Shown here: positions 7,788 through 15,845 of the stretch, one piece after another
Numbering within the stretch: position 1 is the first letter of the stretch
Layout of the letters: each line of letters opens with the position of its first letter
Assembly: GCA_041659225.1 (NCBI GenBank)
Contig: JBAZYR010000006.1
Span: 1,541-65,540 of the forward strand
Direction of reading: 5' to 3'
From: Candidatus Staskawiczbacteria bacterium
GTDB lineage: Bacteria > Patescibacteriota > Minisyncoccia > Minisyncoccales > Staskawiczbacteraceae
DNA length: 64,000 nucleotides
Translations under genes and position numbers: made by a program
Notes under the pieces: generated by a model
What the model was told of the DNA's origin: nothing
What the model saw: the letters and a program-made list of their open reading frames with translations, nothing else
The model's database searches: none

Positions 7788-9065
7788 ATGAAGACTCTCT
7801 TAAGCTTTTTTATTGAAATCGGGAAGCTAAAGGGCAAACATCGGAAAGGGATGAAGCTTTACGGTATAAAAGATCCGGAAACAACTGCCGAGCACACTTT
7901 TCGCATGACAATTGTCGCGTGGTTTTTAGGTATAAAAAAAGACTTAGATATCGAGAAAGTCCTTAAAATGTCTTTGGTACACGATCTTTGCGAAGTATAC
8001 GCTGGAGACATTACTCCTTACGACGGGTTGTTGCCGAAAGATAAGAAGGAAAGGTATAAGTTTGTTAGGAAATGGCCTCATCTTTCTGAAAACGAAAAGA
8101 AAAAAAGATATTCAGAAAAACTCGAAAAAGAAGAGAGTTCTTTAGAAAGGCTGGTTAAAAGATTGCCGGTAGAAGAAAAGATGGAAGTATTAACCCTTTG
8201 GTGGGATTACGAATTAGGAAAAACAAAAGAAGGAAGGTTTGTCCGCCAGGCTGACCGAGCTGAGAATTTAATAGAAGCTTTTGACTGCTGGAAGCGAGAC
8301 GCCAGCTTCCCTACCAAGCCTTGGTGGCAGCATGCAGACGAAGTAATTGATGACCCAGTCGTGCTTAAATTCTTAACAGAGATAGAAATAGAAGAGCTTA
8401 GAAAGAAGAACGTTTCTAGCGATCCAGCGATGACAAATTTATTAGTCTTTTTTAGCGAGATTGGCAGGTTGAAAAGAATGTCTAGAAGGGGCTGGGTTCT
8501 ACGGGATATTAAAAATCCAGAGAGCATTGCCGAGCACATATTCCGCGTAGCTGTTATGGCTTGGTTTTTGGGCAAGAAGAAGAACCTTAATATAGAAAAG
8601 CTTATAAAAATCGCTCTTATCCATGATATTTGCGAGGTTTATGCCGGAGATATCACTCCTTATGATACCATCTTGCCAAAGGACAAGAATAAACTCAAAG
8701 AACTAATGAAAACTTGGCCAAGGTTTTCAAAAGCCGAGAAGATAAAAATATCTAAAGATAAAAACAGAAAGGAGACGGAAGGGCTGGAGAAATTAATTTT
8801 ACACCTGCCTAAGGGATTAAAAACCGAGATAAGAAATCTTTGGTTAGACTACGAAAAAGGGCTTACGCCAGAAGGCAGATTTTTCAAGCAAGCCGATAGA
8901 ATAGAGAATTTTTTACAGGCGTTAGAATATTGGAAAAAATATGGTCAGCCGCCGCAAAAGCCCTGGTGGATGCAAGCAACTGAACTTTTTGATGATCCAG
9001 TTTTGCTCGAGATGATTAAAGAGATGAAGGTTAAATTTCACAGTAGGAAGAATCCGAAGGAATAA
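7788..9065 (+). CDS. Tandem double HD-domain phosphohydrolase (YfbR/HDDC2-like 5'-nucleotidase family)
   Basis: 425 aa. Two homologous halves, each with AEH...HD(L/I)CEVYAGDITPYD...RF(V/F)(R/K)QADR. Confidence 0.8.
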   Translation: MKTLLSFFIEIGKLKGKHRKGMKLYGIKDPETTAEHTFRMTIVAWFLGIKKDLDIEKVLKMSLVHDLCEVYAGDITPYDGLLPKDKKERYKFVRKWPHLSENEKKKRYSEKLEKEESSLERLVKRLPVEEKMEVLTLWWDYELGKTKEGRFVRQADRAENLIEAFDCWKRDASFPTKPWWQHADEVIDDPVVLKFLTEIEIEELRKKNVSSDPAMTNLLVFFSEIGRLKRMSRRGWVLRDIKNPESIAEHIFRVAVMAWFLGKKKNLNIEKLIKIALIHDICEVYAGDITPYDTILPKDKNKLKELMKTWPRFSKAEKIKISKDKNRKETEGLEKLILHLPKGLKTEIRNLWLDYEKGLTPEGRFFKQADRIENFLQALEYWKKYGQPPQKPWWMQATELFDDPVLLEMIKEMKVKFHSRKNPKE

Positions 9066-9151
9066 GCGCCTTCTCAAAAGAGTTCTGCAATGAGCTCTTT
9101 TTTTGTTCCGCCATAGTGTATAATGAGTTGTAGAATAAGGAATTTAAATTT

Positions 9152-9796
9152 ATGGCCAAAATATTCAAACCCATCAACAAAGTTATTAAAGTAATAATCT
9201 ATTGGGACATTGTTATAAACTCTGCCTTTGGATTACTGGCGCCAGTCTTTGCCATTTTCCTTACGCAAAAAATAGCAATGAACGATCTAACCCAAGGGGC
9301 CAAGATAGCCGGGTTCGCCTCTCTTTCTTATTGGATAACAAAATCTATTCTGCAAATACCCATCGGTCATTACCTTGATAAAAATCATGGAGAAAAGGAT
9401 GATTTTTGGTTCAGTGTGATCGGCACTTTTATAGCCGGCCTGGCACCGTTCGGATATCTAATTTCGTCTGAACCTTGGCATATATATCTTTGTCAGGTTG
9501 TATTTGCACTGGGAATGTCTATGGTGGTGCCCTCAGCCTATGCTATTTTTACCCGCCATATTGACAAAGGCAAGGAATCATACGAATGGGGGCTAGATAG
9601 CACCCTTTTAGGCGCTGGGATGGGTATCACGGGTGCTACGGGAGGTATTTTAATGGCCTATTTGGGATTTCATACAATATTCATATTAACCGGTGTCTTT
9701 ACTATTTGTTCTGCCTTTTTATTCTTTTTAATAAAAAAAGAGATGACGACGATTTCAATTCATATACATGAAATCCCGCCGTCAAGGCCATTCTAA
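9152..9796 (+). CDS. Polytopic membrane protein (MFS-like half)
   Basis: 214 aa, about 6 hydrophobic segments, no diagnostic motif. Confidence 0.55.
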   Translation: MAKIFKPINKVIKVIIYWDIVINSAFGLLAPVFAIFLTQKIAMNDLTQGAKIAGFASLSYWITKSILQIPIGHYLDKNHGEKDDFWFSVIGTFIAGLAPFGYLISSEPWHIYLCQVVFALGMSMVVPSAYAIFTRHIDKGKESYEWGLDSTLLGAGMGITGATGGILMAYLGFHTIFILTGVFTICSAFLFFLIKKEMTTISIHIHEIPPSRPF

Positions 9797-9799
9797 AAC

Positions 9800-11515
9800 A
9801 TGGCAAATCAAGAAATAGCAAAAGTCCTGTATGATATTGCAAGATATTTGGGAATGGACGATGTTCCGTTCAAGCCATACGCCTACGAAAAGGTAGCAAT
9901 GGCTTTGGAGGCGTTAGACGAGGATGTAGAGGAGATATATAAGAATGGGGGCGTGGATGCCATCAAAAAGATTCCTGGAGTTGGTGAAGGTATTGCCAAG
10001 GCTATTAAAGAATACATAGAAACAGGGACTATTAGAATCTATGAGGAGTATAAAAAGAAGCTGCCGATTGACTTAGATGCTTTAATACGAGTTGAGGGTT
10101 TGGGAGCTAAAAAAGCAAAGGTATTATATAAAGAGCTGGGAATTAAGAATGTAAAGGATTTAGAGAAGGCAGCCAAAAACCATAAAATAGCTCCCCTATT
10201 CGGGTTCGGAGAAAAAACCGAAAAGAATATTTTGGAAGGCATAGCCTTCTTAAAGCGGGATAAGGGAAGATTTCTATTGGGCGAGGTAATGCCTACGGCC
10301 AAAGAGATTATTTTGAAGTTGGAAAAGCTGAAAGAAGTTAAAAGAATAAGCACAGCAGGATCTTTGCGGCGGATGAAAGAGACCATTGGTGACGCAGATA
10401 TTCTGGTTGCCTCAAATAATCCAAAGAAGATAATGGATTTTTTCGTTGCTTTGCCCAACATTGAAAAGGTTTGGGCTAAAGGTTCTACTAAAGCCTCAGT
10501 AAGAATGAAACAAGGATTTGATGTGGATTTAAGGATAGTTCCGGAGAAAAGTTATGGTTCGGCTTTACAGTATTTTACCGGGTCTAAGGAGCATAATATA
10601 ACTACACGGCTTTCCGCTATGAATAAAGGATTGAAGCTTAATGAATACGGAGTTTTCAAAGGTTCGAAAATGATAGCTGGCAGAACTGAGGAGGAGGTGT
10701 ATAGAGCAATCGGACTTTCATATATTGAGCCGGAGATGAGAGAAGACCAAGGAGAGGCGCAGGCTTCTCTTAAAAAGAAATTGCCGAAGGTAATTACCCT
10801 TAAAGATATTAAAGGAGATTTACATTGCCATTCCAGCTGGGACGGAGGCGATAACTCGATCGAAGATATGGCTAAGGAAGCCATAAATATCGGTTATGAA
10901 TATATTGGAATTAGCGACCACACAAAGTTTTTAAAAATTGAGAATGGCTTGAATGAAAAACAGCTACTTTCCCAAAGGAAAGAAATAGATAAGATTAATA
11001 CCAAGCTAAAATCCAAGATAAAGATTCTCCAGGGCTGTGAAACAAATATCATGGCCGACGGTTCGGTTGATATTAAAGATGAGGCGTTGGCAAAATTAGA
11101 TTATGTTATTGCTGGAGTCCATTCTTTGATGAAAATGACAAAAGAGCAGATGACGGAGAGAATAATAAAAGCAATGAGAAATCCTAACATTGATATTATT
11201 TCCCATCCCACGGGCAGAATCCTGCAACAGCGTGACGAGTATCAGATTGATTTCGATAAAATTCTGAAAGCAGCAAAGGAAACGGGTACGATACTGGAGA
11301 TTAACTCTTCTCCTGTAAGATTAGATTTAAAAGACATGAATATAAAGAAGGCTAAAGAAATGGGAGTGAAGATGATAATCAATACGGACTCGCACGAAAA
11401 AGATCAGTTGTATTTGATGGAGTTCGGAGTCGCTCAGGCCCGTCGTGGCTGGGCGGAGAAGGAGGATATAATAAACACACAGCCGTTAGAAAGACTGTTA
11501 AAGTTTTTCAAATAG
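9800..11515 (+). CDS. polX: DNA polymerase X family protein with C-terminal PHP domain (PolX)
   Basis: 571 aa. N-terminal helix-hairpin-helix region (IPGVGEGIAKAI), GSLRRMKETIGDADILV nucleotidyltransferase motif, then the PHP block GDLHCHSSWDGG...SDH. Confidence 0.85.
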   Translation: MANQEIAKVLYDIARYLGMDDVPFKPYAYEKVAMALEALDEDVEEIYKNGGVDAIKKIPGVGEGIAKAIKEYIETGTIRIYEEYKKKLPIDLDALIRVEGLGAKKAKVLYKELGIKNVKDLEKAAKNHKIAPLFGFGEKTEKNILEGIAFLKRDKGRFLLGEVMPTAKEIILKLEKLKEVKRISTAGSLRRMKETIGDADILVASNNPKKIMDFFVALPNIEKVWAKGSTKASVRMKQGFDVDLRIVPEKSYGSALQYFTGSKEHNITTRLSAMNKGLKLNEYGVFKGSKMIAGRTEEEVYRAIGLSYIEPEMREDQGEAQASLKKKLPKVITLKDIKGDLHCHSSWDGGDNSIEDMAKEAINIGYEYIGISDHTKFLKIENGLNEKQLLSQRKEIDKINTKLKSKIKILQGCETNIMADGSVDIKDEALAKLDYVIAGVHSLMKMTKEQMTERIIKAMRNPNIDIISHPTGRILQQRDEYQIDFDKILKAAKETGTILEINSSPVRLDLKDMNIKKAKEMGVKMIINTDSHEKDQLYLMEFGVAQARRGWAEKEDIINTQPLERLLKFFK

Positions 11516-11574
11516 TGCCTGCCTTTTTTAAAAGCGTGGTATTGTATATTAAAGATTAAAAATAATTAAAAAAT

Positions 11575-12828
11575 ATGAACAAGCAAAAAGGTATTTCAAC
11601 TCCCTTAGTTGCGTCAATCCTCGCTGTCGTTGTTGTAGTTAGCGGCGGAGTAGCCTATTACTACTATGCTTCGACGAAGACACAATTAGTCGCTTGCACT
11701 GAAGAGGCAAAAATTTGCCCAGATGGTTCTGCTGTCGGCCGTATCGGCCCCAACTGCGAATTTGCACCATGCCCGGACGAAACTGCTGGCTGGGAAATAT
11801 ATAGAAATGACGAGTATGGGTTTGAGCTTAAGTATCCAGCCGATAAATACAATATAAGCAGCGAGACTTCGGGCTGGCCGAATGCCATTGTTTTATTCGG
11901 GGGACCAAGCGGCCAGTCTTATTATCTTGCGATAGAGGTTTGGGATGATGAATCAGGATTTAATGTAGCGAGGGGATATAATGTTCAACCTCCACCAGTT
12001 TTCAAAAAAGCTGGGAATAAATATCTAACTCTATGGAATATAAATAGGGACCAAGGAATTGATGAAGTTATATCTACATTTAAATTTACGACGGTTCAGC
12101 CAGATTTTTCGAAATTAAATAAAGATATCTTGCTGGGTAAATTATTTCCTAATCTATCCTTCAAAAATGGTGTGGCTGATCAAGGGTCAGCTACAGGTAC
12201 TATTTACGGTGACTATCCCGGACTCAGTCTTTATTTGAAAGATTCGATCGCAGACTATTTTGTTGATAAGCAAAAGAAAAGTTTATTGCTTATTGCGCAG
12301 CTTGATGGCGTGGCTCACGCTGGGGGATTGTATCATGCTTATTTAGGTTTATTCGATGGAAATGGGAGTCTTCTCACTCCCTCTTCTGTTTTTCCGGAAG
12401 TGAATACTAACAATCCATACGGGGACGATTCTTACGAATTTGATAATGATAAAGTCCAATTTGGGGGAGATAACGGAAATTTCGGATTTTATGATTGCAA
12501 AGGAATAAAATATATTCTGTTCGTTTCGAGCGGATGTCCGAATGGGAGTTGTTGCGACGATGTGGCCAGCTTATTTAAAATAAGTAATGGTAATTTTGAA
12601 AATATTCAAACGATTAATAGTGGATCCTTAGCTGACCTAGAGTTAAAGCCGTTGTTGGCGATTATCCCTATCGCAAACGCAGCTAATCTCCCTCAGGATA
12701 GTTTGAAAATGTCATTGTCTGCCAATAAAATTTTGATAAAAAAAGTGCCATCGATGTCGATTGATGGCTGTGCCGAAACTGACTATAAAGAGCTGCAATG
12801 GGATACTGAGAGTTGCAGATTTAAATAA
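11575..12828 (+). CDS. Hypothetical membrane-anchored extracytoplasmic protein
   Basis: 417 aa. N-terminal TM helix, Cys pairs, and the motif YRNDEYGFELKYP shared with CDS 56392-57534. Confidence 0.6.
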   Translation: MNKQKGISTPLVASILAVVVVVSGGVAYYYYASTKTQLVACTEEAKICPDGSAVGRIGPNCEFAPCPDETAGWEIYRNDEYGFELKYPADKYNISSETSGWPNAIVLFGGPSGQSYYLAIEVWDDESGFNVARGYNVQPPPVFKKAGNKYLTLWNINRDQGIDEVISTFKFTTVQPDFSKLNKDILLGKLFPNLSFKNGVADQGSATGTIYGDYPGLSLYLKDSIADYFVDKQKKSLLLIAQLDGVAHAGGLYHAYLGLFDGNGSLLTPSSVFPEVNTNNPYGDDSYEFDNDKVQFGGDNGNFGFYDCKGIKYILFVSSGCPNGSCCDDVASLFKISNGNFENIQTINSGSLADLELKPLLAIIPIANAANLPQDSLKMSLSANKILIKKVPSMSIDGCAETDYKELQWDTESCRFK

Positions 12829-12850
12829 GCAGAAGGGATGCAAAACTTCG

Positions 12851-12882
12851 CTAGCCCTACTCCGATAGGGCTAGTTTTTTTT
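12851..12882 (+). terminator. Intrinsic terminator
   Basis: CTAGCCCT-ACTCCGAT-AGGGCTAG followed by T8. Confidence 0.7.
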
Positions 12883-12927
12883 GCAAATCTAATATATTAT
12901 TAGATATTAAATAATTTAAATATCTTA

Positions 12928-13404
12928 ATGCCAACAGAAAAATCAGCTGGGGCCGTGGTCTTTCACAAGGGCCCAGCAGGTAAAATTGAATATTTACTTT
13001 TGAAGCATAGTGATAAGTATTGGAATTTTCCCAAGGGGCACATAGAAAAAGGCGAGACCGAAATGACAGCTGCTAAAAGGGAGATTACAGAAGAAACGGG
13101 TTTGAAGGATTTAACCGCCGTGCACAATTTTAAAACCGTTGAAAGGTATTTTTATCGAGCGTTTGATGATTTCCATGAGCGTAAAGGCAAGACCCACATA
13201 AAACCGAAAGGGAAAGGGAAGATAGTATCGAAGTTCGTTACTTTCTATTTAGTTAAGTCACGGGATAAGGACGTTAAAATATCTCATGAGCACCAGGATT
13301 ACGAGTGGTTGAGCTTTGAAGAAGCAATGGAGAGATTGAAGAGGTACAAGGGAAGCAAGGAAGTCTTAAGAAGGGCGAACGCTTGTCTGACAAAGAAAAA
13401 ATAA
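12928..13404 (+). CDS. NUDIX hydrolase
   Basis: Nudix box GHIEKGETEMTAAKREITEETGL. Confidence 0.8.
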   Translation: MPTEKSAGAVVFHKGPAGKIEYLLLKHSDKYWNFPKGHIEKGETEMTAAKREITEETGLKDLTAVHNFKTVERYFYRAFDDFHERKGKTHIKPKGKGKIVSKFVTFYLVKSRDKDVKISHEHQDYEWLSFEEAMERLKRYKGSKEVLRRANACLTKKK

Positions 13405-13413
13405 AGGGAAACT

Positions 13414-13437
13414 AAAAAGCCCCACTTGGGGCTTTTT
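13414..13437. terminator. Bidirectional terminator between the Nudix gene and rplT
   Basis: AAAAAGCCCC-ACTT-GGGGCTTTTT, with A and T runs on both sides. Confidence 0.7.
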
Positions 13438-13448
13438 GAGTAGTTTGA

Positions 13449-13796
13449 TTATTTATTCACAGATTCTATTATCTTGTCGAATATCTCTGGTCTCTCTTGA
13501 ACTAATTCGGATAATATCTTTCTGTCTATCTCAATTTTGTTTGTTTTTAGCGCGTTCATGAATTTGCTGTATGACATTCCTTGTTTGGCGCAGGCAGCAT
13601 TGATATGGACCTGCCAGAGCTGTCTGAACACTCGCTTCTTATTCTTTCTGTCTCGGTAGCTCCATTTCCAGGCGTGCTTCATTGCATCCTTGGCCAGCTT
13701 GTATTTAGACTTCCTGCCCCAACGAAAACCCTTTGTGTATTTCAACACATTCTTCCTGCGTTTATTTGCTGTTACTCCTCTTTTTACTCGTACCAT
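13449..13796 (-). CDS. rplT: 50S ribosomal protein L20
   Basis: MVRVKRGVTANKRRKNVLKYTKGFRWGRK is a canonical L20 N-terminus. Confidence 0.95.
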   Translation of the reverse strand: MVRVKRGVTANKRRKNVLKYTKGFRWGRKSKYKLAKDAMKHAWKWSYRDRKNKKRVFRQLWQVHINAACAKQGMSYSKFMNALKTNKIEIDRKILSELVQERPEIFDKIIESVNK

Positions 13797-13809
13797 GATT
13801 CAATATTTA

Positions 13810-14001
13810 TTATTTAGTTTTACCCACCATTCGTTTTACGAACTTTGTCTCCCATTTGGAAAGTGGGATCATTTTCCGGCTTTTCCTAATCCTTCCTCCG
13901 CTTTTTTTTGCACGAAAATGATTCTGACCGGTGGGCCTTCTTAAAATCTTACCATTCTTGGTAATCTTAAAACGTTTTAATATTGCTTGATTGGCTTTCA
14001 T
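13810..14001 (-). CDS. rpmI: 50S ribosomal protein L35
   Basis: 63 aa. KRFKITKNGKILRR...HFRAKKS is typical of L35, and the gene sits between infC and rplT. Confidence 0.9.
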   Translation of the reverse strand: MKANQAILKRFKITKNGKILRRPTGQNHFRAKKSGGRIRKSRKMIPLSKWETKFVKRMVGKTK

Positions 14002-14005
14002 ATTA

Positions 14006-14512
14006 TTATTTCTTTGAGATAATCGCTGTGAATCCCCTTGGTTCTCTTTTTAATTCTCTTTCCAGTTTTATAGGTATTAAACTATCTAATATATCCAGGA
14101 ATTGACTTACTTTCTCTTTGGCGAAGTTTCCTAGGGCTTTCTCTCTTCCTCTTAAGGGCATGGCCACTTTCACTTTATCGCCCTTCGATAAGAACTTTTC
14201 TGCCAGCTTGGCTTTCGTTTCTAAATCGTGGGGTGAAGTCTTAAATCCTATTTGCACCTCCTTTAATTCTCCGCCGACTTGTTTGATCTTCCTTTCCTTT
14301 TTTTGCTGTTGGTATAGATATTTCCCGAAATCGCCTATTCTGCAGACTGGCGGGATAACTTTTTCTGTAACCTGGATAAGTTCCAGATTTCGTTCTTTAG
14401 CTATACGCAGAGCTTCCTCAAGCGGGATAATCCCAAGTTGTTTGCCGGTCTCGTCAATTGCTCTCACCTCTTTAGCTCTTATGAAGTTGTTGATCGGTGT
14501 TCTATTATACAT
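14006..14512 (-). CDS. infC: Translation initiation factor IF-3
   Basis: INNFIRAKEVRAIDETGKQLGIIPLEEALRIAKERNLELIQV is typical of IF-3. Here the start is a normal ATG. Confidence 0.9.
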   Translation of the reverse strand: MYNRTPINNFIRAKEVRAIDETGKQLGIIPLEEALRIAKERNLELIQVTEKVIPPVCRIGDFGKYLYQQQKKERKIKQVGGELKEVQIGFKTSPHDLETKAKLAEKFLSKGDKVKVAMPLRGREKALGNFAKEKVSQFLDILDSLIPIKLERELKREPRGFTAIISKK

Positions 14513-14543
14513 TTTTTCCGCCGGATGGCGGATATTATATTAG

Positions 14544-14887
14544 TGGAGGTGAAGGGATTGAACCCTTGTCTAAAAGTTTTTATAAAATAATTCTACAAAC
14601 TTAGACTGTTTTAATGTCAGATATCAAATGAGAAGCAGTCAAAAATTTAATATCTTGGAGTCCCATATTTGTTCTTCAGGCTTCTGGGACAAAAGTCTGT
14701 ATATCCTAATAATATGACACCCTTATCTGCCTATTAGAAATTAGCAGGAAGGATGAGCATTAAGCGTATGCTAATGCTGGTTTGTTAAATAAGTTGACAC
14801 TTATTTGTTTTCTAGAAGTTTAATCAGATTCTAGAATACTGAGTTTGCTTATTTTATAAAAGGACTCTTATCGAAACAGGCACCCCC
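14544..14887 (-). ncRNA. ssrA: tmRNA (SsrA)
   Basis: The 5' end GGGGGTGCCTGTTTCGATAAGAG pairs with the 3' CACCTCC-A, including a G3:U pair. A tRNA-like T arm (AAGGGTTCAATCCCTT) lies at the 3' end. It starts 3 nt after the smpB stop. Candidate tag frame ...AAC AAA CCA GCA TTA GCA TAC GCT TAA (NKPALAYA-stop) at about 14760-14786. Confidence 0.85.
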
Positions 14888-14890
14888 TCG

Positions 14891-15340
14891 TTATATTCGT
14901 CCCATTGTTCTCGCTATCTCCCTTTTTGCCTCCCTCTTTTTGAGGTCGTCTCTTTTGTCGAATTTTTTCTTTCCTTTTGCTACACCAAACTCGATTTTTA
15001 TTTTGGCATTGTTACTATACACTCTCAAGGGCACTAAAGTCAAGCCTTTCTGAGAGACTTTTCCGATTAAATAACTGATTTCTTTCTTAGATAAGAGCAG
15101 TTTCCTGGACCTTTCCGGGTCATATCCTGCTGGGGCGTTTTTAGGCTGGTAGGCGGGTATTTTAGATCCGATTATGTAAGGCTCTGTTTCTTTGAAGACA
15201 ACATAAGAAGCTTCGAGAATCATCCTTCCTAGGCGGATTGACTTAACTTCCTGCCCGAGCAAAACAAGACCAGCCTCGAATTTCTCCAGGATTTCATAGT
15301 TAAAATGGGCCTTTTTGTTTTCTGCGTAAATCTTGCTCAT
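14891..15340 (-). CDS. smpB: SsrA-binding protein SmpB
   Basis: ENKKAHFNYEILEKFEAGLVLLGQEVKSIR is a canonical SmpB sequence. Confidence 0.95.
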   Translation of the reverse strand: MSKIYAENKKAHFNYEILEKFEAGLVLLGQEVKSIRLGRMILEASYVVFKETEPYIIGSKIPAYQPKNAPAGYDPERSRKLLLSKKEISYLIGKVSQKGLTLVPLRVYSNNAKIKIEFGVAKGKKKFDKRDDLKKREAKREIARTMGRI

Positions 15341-15386
15341 ATTTGTATTCTACCAGATTTTTATAAAAAACATCATTATTTATGTG

Positions 15387-15417
15387 AAAGGACCGATGCT
15401 TGTGCGATCGGTCCTTT
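15387..15417. terminator. GC-rich hairpin terminator closing cassette B
   Basis: AAAGGACCGAT-GCTTGTGC-GATCGGTCCTTT. It separates the GC-rich ORF from the smpB promoter (TGGTAGAAT on the minus strand). Confidence 0.55.
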
Positions 15418-15438
15418 ATTTGTAGCTTGCCGCACTAA

Positions 15439-15690
15439 TTAATGCGGCCTGGGGGTGAGGGCCTTTCTGGCGTGCGAGATCATTCCCAGCAAACGCCTGC
15501 CGAGCTGGGTGTTGGCGCCGACGGCGACTGCCTGTCTGGCCAATTGGTCCACCACGACGTCTCGGTACAAGGTGCCGACATCCATCGGTATCACCCGATC
15601 CGTCTTCCTGCCAGGAAGCTGGGCCAACCGCGACAGGTCTTCCACCATCGCGACATCTTCCCCAATTTGAATTACTCTCATTGCCGTCAT
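15439..15690 (-). CDS. GC-rich orphan protein, 83 aa (cassette B)
   Basis: ATG at 15690 preceded by SD GAAGGGAG (15698-15705) with 7 nt spacing. Protein MTAMRVIQIGEDVAMVEDLSRLAQ...ARKALTPRPH. Hand count gives 150 G+C in 252 nt (about 60%). No family recognised. Confidence 0.55.
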   Translation of the reverse strand: MTAMRVIQIGEDVAMVEDLSRLAQLPGRKTDRVIPMDVGTLYRDVVVDQLARQAVAVGANTQLGRRLLGMISHARKALTPRPH

Positions 15691-15769
15691 GATACGACTC
15701 CCTTCGCATTTTAGAGTGGGGTAAATTTCCCTCAACCACATTGGCCAAGGGTTATTATGAGCTGTATAT

Positions 15770-15798
15770 ATCATATCATATATCTATACACTTGTCAA
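15770..15798 (-). promoter_or_regulatory. Promoter of cassette B
   Basis: Minus strand: TTGACA (15798-15793), 17 nt spacer, TATGAT (15775-15770). Confidence 0.5.
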
Positions 15799-15845
15799 GG
15801 GGTAAGGGTATTTCCTTCTTTCGGGGAATATTATAGAATACAAGA

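Noticed and set aside
15416-15774. Alternative ORFs in the GC-rich island B (15416-15748 -, 15442-15714 +, 15455-15670 +, and the long 15774 start)
   Set aside because: GC-rich sequence keeps all frames open. Only the frame starting at 15690 has an SD at proper spacing, and the extension to 15774 runs through the promoter and leader.
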